NCBI RefSeq assembly: GCF_964355755.1
Contig: NC_092675.1
Span: 14,418,912-14,482,911 of the forward strand
Direction: 5' to 3'
Source of the DNA: Antedon mediterranea
Lineage: Eukaryota > Animalia > Echinodermata
DNA length: 64,000 nucleotides
The position numbers were made by a program, and so were the translations under genes. How positions within the stretch are numbered: the first letter of the stretch is position 1; every line of letters starts with the position of its first letter. Under the pieces are notes generated by a model that was not told the DNA's origin, did not search any database, and saw only the letters and a program-made list of their open reading frames with translations. This document shows, piece by piece, positions 21,551-34,600 of the stretch.

Positions 21551-24500
21551 AATTATGCTATAATATTGCCATTTTTACAAATATATTGTGCTAACATAAT
21601 CTTATAGAGCCATAGTAACTTGTGATGTCAAAAAATAAAAGGGTTAAAATTTGGCTATTTTTTAAAAATTTCCCTGGGGGGCGACCATAGGAATTTTTTC
21701 GAAAAATTACTAAAATTTCCTCTTTTTAAAATTCAAAAATTATAGATAGATCAGCGAGAGAGAGATAGATAGATCAGCGAGAGAGATAGATAGATCAGCG
21801 AGAGAGAGAGATAGATCAGCGCGAGAGAGAGATGGATCAGCGAGAGAGAGATAGATAGATCAGCGAGAGAGAGATATAGATCAGCGAGAGAGATAGATCA
21901 GCGAGAGAGAGATAGATCAGCGATAGAGAGATAGATAGATCAGCGAGAGAGAGAGATATAGACAGATCAGCGAGAGAGAGATAGATCAGCGAGAGAGAGA
22001 TATAGATAGATAAGCGAGAGAGAGATAGATCAGCGAGAGAGAGATAGATAGATCAGCGAGAGACAGATAGATCAGCGAGAGAGAGATAGATAGATCAGCG
22101 AGAGAAAGATAGATAGATCAGCGAGAGAGAGAGATAGATCAGCGAGAGAGAGATAGATCAGCGAGAGAGAGATAGATAGATCAGCGAGAGAGAGATAGAT
22201 AGATCGGAGAGAGAGAGAGAGAGAGAGAGATAGATAGATCAGCGAGAGAGAGAGATAGATCAGCGAGAGAGAGACAGATAGGTCAGCGAGAGACAGATAG
22301 ATCAGCGAGAGAGAGATAGATAGATCAGCGAGAGAGAGATTAATAGATCAGCGAGAGAGAGATAGATCAGCGAGAGAGAGATAGGTAGATCAGCGAGAGA
22401 GAGGTAGATCAGCGAGAGAGAGCTAGATAGATCAGCGAGAGAGAGATAGATCAGCGAGAGAGAGATTGATCAGCGAGAGAGAGATAGATCAGCAAGAGAG
22501 AGAGATAGATCAGCGAGGGAGAGATAGATCAACGAGAGAGATAGATCAGCGAGAGAGAGATAGATAGATCAGTGAGAGAGAGATAGATCAACGAGAGAGA
22601 GAGAGATATATATCAGTGGCAGATAGATAGATCAGCGAGAGAGATAGATAGAACAGCGAGAGAGATAGATAGATCAGCGAGAGAGAGATATATCAGCGCG
22701 AGAGAGAGAGAGATATATCAGCGAGAGAGAGATAGATAGATCAGCGAGAGAGAGATATAGATCAGCGAGAGAGATAGATCAGCGAGAGAGAGATAGATCA
22801 GCGATAGAGAGATAGATAGATCAGCGAGATAGAGATAGATAGATCAGCGAGAGAGAGATATAGATAGATCAGCGAGAGAGAGATAGATCAGCGAGAGAGA
22901 GATAGATAAATCAGCGAGAGAGAGATAGATCAGCGAGAGAGAGAGAGATAGATAGATCAGCGAGAGAAAGATAGATAGATCAGCGAGAGAGAGAGATAGA
23001 TAGATCAGCGAGAGAGAGATAGATCAACGAGAGAGAGATAGATAGATCAGCGAGAGAGAGATAGATCAGTGAGAGAGAGATATATAGATCAGCGAGAGAG
23101 AGAGATAGATCAGCGAGAGAGAGAGATAGATAGATCAGCGAGAGAGAGATAGATAGATCAGCGAGAGATAGATAAATAGATCAGCGAGAGAGAGATAGAT
23201 CAGCGAGAGAGAGATAGAAAGATCAGCGAGAGAGATAGAGAGATAGATCAGCGAGAGAGAGAGATAGATCAGCGAGAGAGAGAGATATATATATCAGCGA
23301 GAGAGAGATAGATCAGCGAGAGAGAGATAGATCAGCGAGAGAGATATAGATCAGCGAGGGAGAGATAGATCAACGAGAGAGAGATAGATCAGCGAGAGAG
23401 AGATAGATAGATCAGCGAGAGAGAGAGATATATCAGCAAGAGAGAGATAGATCAGCGAGAGGGAGATAGATCAGCGAGAGCGAGAGAGATAGATCAGCGA
23501 GAGAGAGATAGATCATTGAGAAAGAGATAGATCAGCGAGAGAGAAATAGATCAGCGAGAGATAGATAGATCAGCGAGAGAGAGATAGATCAGCGAGAGAG
23601 AGATAGATAGATCAGCGAGAGAGAGAGATAGATCAGCGAGAGAGAGATAGATCAGCGAGAGAGAGAGAGAGAGAGAGAGATCTCAGCGAGAGAGAGATAG
23701 ATCAGCGAGGGAGAGATAGATCAGCGAGAGAGAGATAGATCCGCGCGAGAGAGAGAGATAGATCAGCGAGAGAGAGAGAGAGATAGATCAGTGAGAGAGA
23801 GAGATAGATCAGCAAGAGAGAGATAGATCAGTGAGAGAGAGATAGATCAGCGAGAGAGAGATAGATCAGCGAGAGAGAGATAGATAGATCAGAGAGAGAG
23901 AGATAGATAAGCGAGAGAGAGATAGATCAGAGAGAGAGCGATAGATAGATCAGCGAGAGAGAGATAGATCAGCGAGAGAGAGAGAGATAGATAGATCAGA
24001 GAGAGAGAGAGAGATAGATCAGCGAGAGAGATATAGATCAGCGAGAGAGAGATAGATCAGCGAGAGAGAGATAGATAGATCGGGGAGAGAGAGAGATAGA
24101 TAGATCAGCGAGATAGATAGATCAGCGAGAGAGATAGATCAGCGAGAGAGAAATAGATCAGAGAGAGAGAGAGAGAGAGAGATAGATCAGCGAGAGAGAG
24201 AGATAGATAGATCAGCGAGAAAGAGATAGGTAGATCAGCGAGAGAGAGATAGATAGATCAGCGAGAGAGAGATAGATAGATCAGCGAGAGAGAGATAGAT
24301 AGATCAGCGAGAGATAGATAAATAGATCAGCGATAGAGAGATAGATCAGCGAGAGAGATAGATAGAACAGCGAGAGAGAGATAGATAGATCAGCGAGAGA
24401 GAGAGATAGATCAGCGAGAGAGAGAGATATATATATCAGCGAGAGAGAGATAGATCAGCGAGAGAGAGAGATAGATCAGCGAGAGAGAGATAGATCAGCG

Positions 24501-26703
24501 AGGGAGAGATAGATCAACGAGAGAGAGATAGATCAGCGAGAGAGAGATAGATAGATCAGCGAGAGAGAGAGATATATCAGCAAGAGAGAGATAGATCAGC
24601 GTGAGGGAGATAGATCAGCGAGAGCGAGAGAAATAGATCAGCGAGAGAGAGATAGATCAGCAAGAAAGAGATAGATCAGCGAGAGAGAAATAGATCAGCG
24701 AGAGATAGATAGATCAGCGAGAGAGAGATAGATCAGCGAGAGAGAGATAGATAGATCAGCGAGAGAGAGAGAGAGAGATAGATCAGCGAGAGAGAGATAG
24801 ATCAGCGAGAGAAAGGGGGAGAGAGATCTCAGCGAGAGAGAGATAGATCAGCGAGGGAGAGATAGATCAGCGAGAGAGAGATAGATCCGCGAGAGAGAGA
24901 GATAGATCAGCGAGAGAGAGAGATAGATCAGTGAGAGAGAGAGATAGATCAGCAAGAGAGAGATAGATCAGCGAGAGAGAGATAGATCAGCGAGAGAGAG
25001 ATAGATAGATCAGAGAGAGAGAGATAGATCAGCAAGAGAGAGATAGATCAGCGAGAGAGAGATAGATCAGCGAGAGAGAGATAGATCAGCGAGAGAGAGA
25101 TAGATAGATCAGAGAGAGAGAGATAGATCAGCGAGAGAGAGATAGATCAGAGAGAGAGAGCGATAGATAGATCAGCGAGAGAGAGAGATAGATCAGCGAG
25201 AGAGAGATAGATAGATCAGCGAGAGAGAGATAGATCAGTGAGAAAGAGAGATATATAGATCAGCGAGATAGAGATAGATCAGCGAGAGAGAGATAGATAG
25301 ATCAGCGAGAGAGAGATAGATAGATCAGCGAGAGATAGATAAATAGATCAGCGAGAAAGAGAGATAGATCAGCAAGAGAGAGATAGATCAGCGAGAGAGA
25401 GATAGATCAGCGAGAGAGAGAGATATATATATCAGCGAGAGAGAGATAGATCAGCGAGAGAGAGATAGATCAGCGAGAGAGAAATAGATCAGCGAGGGAG
25501 AGATAGATCAACGAGAGAGAGATAGATCAGCGAGGGAGAGAGATAGATCAGTGAGAGAGAGAGATAGATCAGCGAGAGAAAGATAGATCAGCGAGAGAGA
25601 GATATATAGATCAGCGAGAGAGAGATAGATCAGCGAGAGAGAGATAGATAGATCAGCGAGAGAGAGATAGATCAGCGAGAGAGAGAGATAGATCATCGAG
25701 AGAGAGATAGATCAGCGAGAGAGAGATTGATAGATAGGCGAGAGAGAGATAGATAGATCGGAGAGAGAGAGAGAGATAGATAGATCAGCGAGAGAGAGAT
25801 AGATCAGCAAGAGAGAGACAGATAGGTCAGCGAGAGACAGATAGATCAGCGAGAGAGAGATAGATAGATCAGCGAGAGAGAGATTAATAGATCAGCGAGA
25901 AAGAGATAGATCAGCGAGAGAGAGATAGGTAGATCAGCGAGAGAGAGGTAGATCAGCGAGAGAGAGCTAGATAGATCAGCGAGAGAGAGCTAGATAGATC
26001 AGCGAGAGAGAGATAGATCAGCGAGAGAGAGATAGATAGATCAGCGAGAGAGAGATAGATCAGCGAGAGAGAGATAGATCAGCGAGAGAGAGATAGATCA
26101 GCGAGAAAGAGATAGATCAGCGAGGGAGAGATAGATCAACGAGAGAGAGAGATATATCAGCGGGAGAGAGACAGATCAGCGAGAGAGAGATAGATCAGCG
26201 AGAAGGAGATAGATCAGCGAGAGAGATAGATCAGCGAGAAAGAGAGTGAAAGATCAGCGAGAGATAGATAGATCAGCGAGATAGAGATTGATAGATCAGC
26301 GAGAGAGAGATAGATCAGCGAGAGAGAGAGATAGATAGATCAGCGACAGAGAGATAGATCAGCCAGAGAGAGATAGATAGATCAGCGAGAGATATATCAG
26401 CGAGAGAGAGATAGATAGGTCAGCGAGAGAGAGATAGATAGATCAGCGAGAGAGAGAGATATAGACAGATCAGCGAGAGAGAGAGATAGATCAGCGAGAG
26501 AGAGATAGATAGATAAGCGAGAGAGAGATAGATCAGCGAGAGAGAGATATATAGATCAGCGAGAGAGAGATAGATCAGCGAGAGAGAGATAGATAGATCA
26601 GCGAGAGAGAGATAGATCAGCGAGAAAGAGAGATAGATCAGCGAGAGAGAGATAGATCAGCGAGAGAGAGATAGATAGATCAGCGAGAGAGAGATAGATA
26701 GAT

Positions 26704-26739
<36 letters not shown>

Positions 26740-28579
26740 TAGATCAGCGAGAGAGAGAGATAGATCAGCGAGAGAGAGACAGATAGGTCAGCGAGAGACA
26801 GATAGATCAGCGAGAGAGAGATAGATAGATCAGCGAGAGAGAGATTAATAGATCAGCGAGAGAGAGATAGATCAGCGAGAGAGAGATAGGTAGATCAGCG
26901 AGAGAGAGGTAGATCAGCGAGAGAGAGCTAGATTGATCAGCGAGAGAGAGATTGATCAGCGAGTGAGAGATAGATCAGCAAGAGAGAGAGATAGATCAGC
27001 GAGGGAGAGATAGATCAACGAGAGAGATAGATCAGCGAGAGAGAGATAGATAGATCAGTGAGAGAGAGATAGATCAACGAGAGAGAGAGATATATCAGTG
27101 GCAGATAGATAGATCAGCGAGAGAGATAGATAGATCAGCAAGAGAGAGATAGATCAGCGAGAGAGAGATAGATCAGCGAGAGAGAGATAGATAGATCAGA
27201 GAGAGAGAGAGATAGATCAGCAAGAGAGAGATAGATCAGCGAGAGAGAGATAGATCAGCGAGAGAGAGATAGATAGATCAGAGAGAGAGAGAGATAGATC
27301 AGCGAGAGAGAGATAGATCAGAGAGAGAGAGCGATAGATAGATCAGCGAGAGAGAGAGATAGATCAGCGAGAGAGAGATAGATAGATCAGCGAGAGAGAG
27401 ATAGATCAGTGAGAGAGAGAGATATATAGATCAGCGAGAGAGAGATAGATCAGCGAGAGAGAGATAGATAGATCAGCGAGAGAGGGATAGATAGATCAGC
27501 GAGAGATAGATAAATAGATCAGCGAGAAAGAGAGATAGATCAGCGAGAGAGAGATAGATCAGCGAGAGAGAGATAGATCAGAGAGAGAGAGAGAGATATA
27601 TATATATCAGCGAGAGAGAGATAGATCAACGAGAGAGAGATAGATCAGCGAGAGAGAGATAGATCAGCGAGGGAGAGATAGATCAACGAGAGAGAGATAG
27701 ATCAGCGAGAGAGAGATAGATAGATCAGCGAGAGAGAGAGATAGATAAGCGAGAGCGAGAGAGATAGATCAGCGAGAGAGAGATATTTCAGCGAGAAAGA
27801 GATAGATCAGCGAGAGAGAAATAGATCAGCGAGAGATAGATAGATCAGCGAGAGAGAGATAGATAAGCGAGAGAGAGAGAGATAGATAGATCAGCGAGAG
27901 AGAGAGAGATAGATCAGCGAGAGAGAGATAGATCAGCGAGAGAGAGAGATAGATAGATCAGCGAGAGAGAGAGATAGATCAGCGAGAGAGATAGATAGAA
28001 CAGCGAGAGAGAGATAGATAGATCAGCGAGAGAGAGAGATAGATCAGCGAGAGAGAGAGATATATATATCAGCGAGAGAGAGATAGATCAGCGAGAGAGA
28101 GAGATAGATCAGCGAGAGAGAGATAGATCAGCGAGAGAGAGATAGAAAGATCAGCGAGAGAGATAGAGAGATAGATCAGCGAGAGAGAGAGATAGATCAG
28201 CGAGAGAGAGAGATATATATATCAGCGAGAGAGAGATAGATCAGCGAGAGAGAGATAGATCAGCGAGAGAGATATAGATCAGCGAGGGAGAGATAGATCA
28301 ACGAGAGAGAGATAGATCAGCGAGAGAGAGATAGATAGATCAGCGAGAGAGAGAGATATATCAGCAAGAGAGAGATAGATCAGCGAGAGGGAGATAGATC
28401 AGCGAGAGCGAGAGAGAGAGATCAGCGAGAGAGAGATAGATCATTGAGAAAGAGATAGATCAGCGAGAGAGAAATAGATCAGCGAGAGATAGATAGATCA
28501 GCGAGAGAGAGATAGATCAGCGAGAGAGAGATAGATAGATCAGCGAGAGAGAGAGATAGATCAGCGAGAGAGAGATAGA

Positions 28580-28610
<31 letters not shown>

Positions 28611-31600
28611 TCTCAGCGAGAGAGAGATAGATCAGCGAGGGAGAGATAGATCAGCGAGAGAGAGATAGATCCGCGAGAGAGAGAGAGATAGATCAGCGAG
28701 AGAGAGAGAGATAGATCAGTGAGAGAGAGAGATAGATCAGCAAGAGAGAGATAGATCAGTGAGAGAGAGATAGATCAGCGAGAGAGAGATAGATCAGCGA
28801 GAGAGAGATAGATAGATCAGAGAGAGAGAGATAGATAAGCGAGAGAGAGATAGATCAGAGAGAGAGCGATAGATAGATCAGCGAGAGAGAGATAGATCAG
28901 CGAGAGAGAGAGAGATAGATAGATCAGAGAGAGAGAGAGATAGATCAGCGAGAGAGATATAGATCAGCGAGAGAGAGATAGATCAGCGAGAGAGAGATAG
29001 ATAGATCGGGGAGAGAGAGAGATAGATAGATCAGCGAGATAGATAGATCAGCGAGAGAGATAGATCAGCGAGAGAGAAATAGATCAGAGAGAGAGAGAGA
29101 GAGAGAGATAGATCAGCGAGAGAGAGAGATAGATAGATCAGCGAGAAAGAGATAGGTAGATCAGCGAGAGAGAGATAGATAGATCAGCGAGAGAGAGATA
29201 GATAGATCAGCGAGAGAGAGATAGATAGATCAGCGAGAGATAGATAAATAGATCAGCGATAGAGAGATAGATCAGCGAGAGAGATAGATAGAACAGCGAG
29301 AGAGAGATAGATAGATCAGCGAGAGAGAGAGATAGATCAGCGAGAGAGAGAGATATATATATCAGCGAGAGAGAGATAGATCAGCGAGAGAGAGAGATAG
29401 ATCAGCGAGAGAGAGATAGATCAGCGAGGGAGAGATAGATCAACGAGAGAGAGATAGATCAGCGAGAGAGAGATAGATAGATCAGCGAGAGAGAGAGATA
29501 TATCAGCAAGAGAGAGATAGATCAGCGTGAGGGAGATAGATCAGCGAGAGCGAGAGAAATAGATCAGCGAGAGAGAGATAGATCAGCAAGAAAGAGATAG
29601 ATCAGCGAGAGAAAAATAGATCAGCGAGAGATAGATAGATCAGCGAGAGAGAGATAGATCAGCGAGAGAGAGATAGATAGATCAGCGAGAGAGAGAGAGA
29701 GAGAGATAGATCAGCGAGAGAGAGATAGATCAGCGAGAGAAAGGGGGAGAGAGATCTCAGCGAGAGAGAGATAGATCAGCGAGGGAGAGATAGATCAGCG
29801 AGAGAGAGATAGATCCGCGAGAGAGAGAGATAGATCAGCGAGAGAGAGAGAGATAGATCAGTGAGAGAGAGAGATAGATCAGCAAGAGAGAGATAGATCA
29901 GCGAGAGAGAGATAGATCAGCGAGAGAGAGATAGATAGATCAGAGAGAGAGAGATAGATCAGCAAGAGAGAGATAGATCAGCGAGAGAGAGATAGATCAG
30001 CGAGAGAGAGATAGATCAGCGAGAGAGAGATAGATAGATCAGAGAGAGAGAGATAGATCAGCGAGAGAGAGATAGATCAGAGAGAGAGAGCGATAGATAG
30101 ATCAGCGAGAGAGAGAGATAGATCAGCGAGAGAGAGATAGATAGATCAGCGAGAGAGAGATAGATCAGTGAGAAAGAGAGATATATAGATCAGCGAGATA
30201 GAGATAGATCAGCGAGAGAGAGATAGATAGATCAGCGAGAGAGAGATAGATAGATCAGCGAGAGATAGATAAATAGATCAGCGAGAAAGAGAGATAGATC
30301 AGCGAGAGAGAGATAGATCAGCGAGAGAGAGATAGATCAGCGAGAGAGAGAGATATATATATCAGCGAGAGAGAGATAGATCAGCGAGAGAGAGATAGAT
30401 CAGCGAGAGAGAGATAGATCAGCGAGGGAGAGATAGATCAACGAGAGAGAGATAGATCAGCGAGGGAGAGAGATAGATCAGTGAGAGAGAGAGATAGATC
30501 AGCGAGAGAAAGATAGATCAGCGAGAGAGAGATATATAGATCAGCGAGAGAGAGATAGATCAGCGAGAGAGAGATAGATAGATCAGCGAGAGAGAGATAG
30601 ATCAGCGAGAGAGAGAGATAGATCATCGAGAGAGAGATAGATCAGCGAGAGAGAGATTGATAGATAGGCGAGAGAGAGATAGATAGATCGGAGAGAGAGA
30701 GAGAGATAGATAGATCAGCGAGAGAGAGATAGATCAGCAAGAGAGAGACAGATAGGTCAGCGAGAGACAGATAGATCAGCGAGAGAGAGATAGATAGATC
30801 AGCGAGAGAGAGATTAATAGATCAGCGAGAAAGAGATAGATCAGCGAGAGAGAGATAGGTAGATCAGCGAGAGAGAGGTAGATCAGCGAGAGAGAGCTAG
30901 ATAGATCAGCGAGAAAGAGCTAGATAGATCAGCGAGAGAGAGATAGATCAGCGAGAGAGAGATAGATAGATCAGCGAGAGAGAGATAGATCAGCGAGAGA
31001 GAGATAGATCAGCGAGAGAGAGATAGATCAGCGAGAAAGAGATAGATCAGCGAGGGAGAGATAGATCAACGAGAGAGAGAGATATATCAGCGGGAGAGAG
31101 ACAGATCAGCGAGAGAGAGATAGATCAGCGAGAAGGAGATAGATCAGCGAGAGAGATAGATCAGCGAGAAAGAGAGTGAAAGATCAGCGAGAGATAGATA
31201 GATCAGCGAGATAGAGATTGATAGATCAGCGAGAGAGAGATAGATCAGCGAGAGAGAGAGATAGATAGATCAGCGACAGAGAGATAGATCAGCCAGGGAG
31301 AGATAGATAGATCAGCGAGAGATATATCAGCGAGAGAGAGATAGATAGGTCAGCGAGAGAGAGATAGATAGATCAGCGAGAGAGAGAGATATAGACAGAT
31401 CAGCGAGAGAGAGAGATAGATCAGCGAGAGAGAGATAGATAGATAAGCGAGAGAGAGATAGATCAGCGAGAGAGAGATATATAGATCAGCGAGAGAGAGA
31501 TAGATCAGCGAGAGAGAGATAGATAGATCAGCGAGAGAGAGATAGATCAGCGAGAAAGAGAGATAGATCAGCGAGAGAGAGATAGATCAGCGAGAGAGAG

Positions 31601-31633
31601 ATAGATAGATCAGCGAGAGAGAGATAGATAGAT

Positions 31634-31695
<62 letters not shown>

Positions 31696-34600
31696 TAGAT
31701 CAGCGAGAGAGAGAGATAGATCAGCGAGAGAGAGACAGATAGGTCAGCGAGAGACAGATAGATCAGCGAGAGAGAGATAGATAGATCAGCGAGAGAGAGA
31801 TTAATAGATCAGCGAGAGAGAGATAGATCAGCGAGAGAGAGATAGGTAGATCAGCGAGAGAGAGGTAGATCAGCGAGAGAGAGCTAGATAGATCAGCGAG
31901 AGAGAGATTGATCAGCGAGTGAGAGATAGATCAGCAAGAGAGAGAGATAGATCAGCGAGGGAGAGATAGATCAACGAGAGAGATAGATCAGCGAGAGAGA
32001 GATAGATAGATCAGTGAGAGAGAGATAGATCAACGAGAGAGAGAGATATATCAGTGGCAGATAGATAGATCAGCGAGAGAGATAGATAGATCAGCAAGAG
32101 AGAGATAGATCAGCGAGAGAGAGATAGATCAGCGAGAGAGAGATAGATAGATCAGAGAGAGAGAGAGATAGATCAGCAAGAGAGAGATAGATCAGCGAGA
32201 GAGAGATAGATCAGCGAGAGAGAGATAGATAGATCAGAGAGAGAGAGATAGATCAGCGAGAGAGAGATAGATCAGAGAGAGAGAGCGATAGATAGATCAG
32301 CGAGAGAGAGAGATAGATCAGCGAGAGAGAGATAGATAGATCAGCGAGAGAGAGATAGATCAGTGAGAGAGAGAGATATATAGATCAGCGAGAGAGAGAT
32401 AGATCAGCGAGAGAGAGATAGATAGATCAGCGAGAGAGGGATAGATAGATCAGCGAGAGATAGATAAATAGATCAGCGAGAAAGAGAGATAGATCAGCGA
32501 GAGAGAGATAGATCAGCGAGAGAGAGAGATAGATCAGAGAGAGAGAGAGAGAGATATATATATATATCAGCGAGAGAGAGATAGATCAACGAGAGAGAGA
32601 TAGATCAGCGAGAGAGAGATAGATCAGCGAGGGAGAGATAGATCAACGAGAGAGAGATAGATCAGCGAGAGAGAGATAGATAGATCAGCGAGAGAGAGAG
32701 ATAGATAAGCGAGAGCGAGAGAGATAGATCAGCGAGAGAGAGATAGATCAGCGAGAAAGAGATAGATCAGCGAGAGAGAAATAGATCAGCGAGAGATAGA
32801 TAGATCAGCGAGAGAGAGATAGATCAGCGAGAGAGAGAGAGATAGATAGATCAGCGAGAGAGAGAGAGATAGATCAGCGAGAGAGAGATAGATCAGCGAG
32901 AGAGAGATAGATAGATCAGCGAGAGAGAGAGATAGATCAGCGAGAGCGAGAGAGATAGATCAGCGAGAGAGAGATAGATCAGCGAGAAAGAGATAGATCA
33001 GCGAGAGAGAAATAGATCAGCGAGAGATAGATAGATCAGCGAGAGAGAGATAGATCAGCGAGAGAGAGATAGATAGATCAGCGAGAGAGAGAGAGATAGA
33101 TCAGCGAGAGAGAGATAGATCAGCGAGAGAGAGAGAGAGAGAGAGATCTCAGCGACAGAGAGATAGATCAGCGAGGGAGAGATAGATCAGCGAGAGAGAG
33201 ATAGATCCGCGAGAGAGAGAGAGAGAGATAGATCAGCGAGAGAGAGAGATAGATCAGTGAGAGAGAGAGATAGATCAGCAAGAGAGAGATAGATCAGCGA
33301 GAGAGAGATAGATCAGCGAGAGAGAGATAGATAGATCAGAGAGAGAGAGATAGATCAGCGAGAGAGAGATAGATCAGAGAGAGAGCGATAGATAGATCAG
33401 CGAGAGAGAGATAGATAGATCAGAGAGAGAGAGAGAGATAGATCAGCGAGAGAGATATAGATCAGCGAGAGAGAGATAGATCAGCGAGAGAAAGATAGAT
33501 AGATCGGGGAGAGAGAGAGATAGATAGATCAGCGAGATAGATAGATCAGCGAGAGAGAAATAGATCAGAGAAAGAGAGAGATAAATCAGCGAGAGAGAGA
33601 GATAGATAGATCAGCGAGAAAGAGATAGGTAGATCAGCGTGAGAGAGATAGATAGATCAGCGAGAGAGAGATAGATAGATCAGCGAGAGAGAGATAGATC
33701 AGCGAGAGAGAGATAGATCAGCGATAGAGAGATAGATCAGCGAGAGAGATAGATAGAACAGCGAGAGAGAGATAGATAGATCAGCGAGAGAGAGAGTTAG
33801 ATCAGCGAGAGAGAGATAGATCAGCGAGAGAGAGATAGATCAGCGAGAGCAAGAGAGATAGATCAGCGAGAGAGAGATAGATCAGCGAGAGATAGATAGA
33901 TAGATCAGCGAGAGAGAGATATATCAGCAAGAGAGAGATACATAGATCAGCGAGAAAGAGAGATAGATCAGCGAGAGAGAGAGATATATATATATATATA
34001 TATAGATCAGCGAGAGAGATAGATCAGCGAGAGAGAGATAGATCAGCGAGAGAGAGATAGATCAGCGAGAGAGAGATAGATCAGCGAGGGAGAGATAGAT
34101 CAACGAGAGATAGATAGAAAAGCGAGAGAGAGATAGATAGATCAGCGAGAGAGAGAGAGATAGATCAGCGAGAGAGAGATAGATCAGCAAGAGAGAGATA
34201 GATAGATCAGCGAGAGAGAGATAGATCAGCGAGAGAGAGAGAGAGATAGATAGATCAGCGAGAAAGAGATAGATAGATCGGAGAGAGAGAGATAGATAGA
34301 TCAGCGAGAGAGAGATAGATCAGCGAGAGAGAGATAGATCAGCGAGAGAGAGACAGATAGGTCAGCGAGAGAGAGATAGATCAGCGAGAGAGAGATAGAT
34401 AGATCAGCGAGAGAGAGATAAATAGATCATCGAGAGAGAGATAGATCAGCTAGAGATAGATAGATAGATCAGCGAGAGAGAGATAGATCAGCGAGAGAGA
34501 CATAGATAGATCAGCGAGAGAGAGATAGATCAGCGAGAGAGAGATAGATCAGCGAGAAAGAGATAGATCAGCGAGGGAGAGATAGATCAACGAGAGAGAG

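Larger units (their letters stand above)
16873..21743. repeat. ~186-bp satellite array, diverged, with shortened variants
   Basis: AACATCATCTTATA-type marker at 17015, 17202, 17387 and 17573 (spacings 187, 185, 186). Consensus includes AAAAGGGTCGAAATTTGGCCATTTTTCGAAAA...ATGCTATAATATTGCCATTTATGC...CATCATCTTATAGAGCCATAGTAACTAGTTATGTC. Confidence 0.95.

Noticed and set aside
1347-21743. CRISPR-like array (repeats with palindromes)
   Set aside because: No unique spacers between repeats, no cas genes, and the context is eukaryotic with spliceosomal introns.
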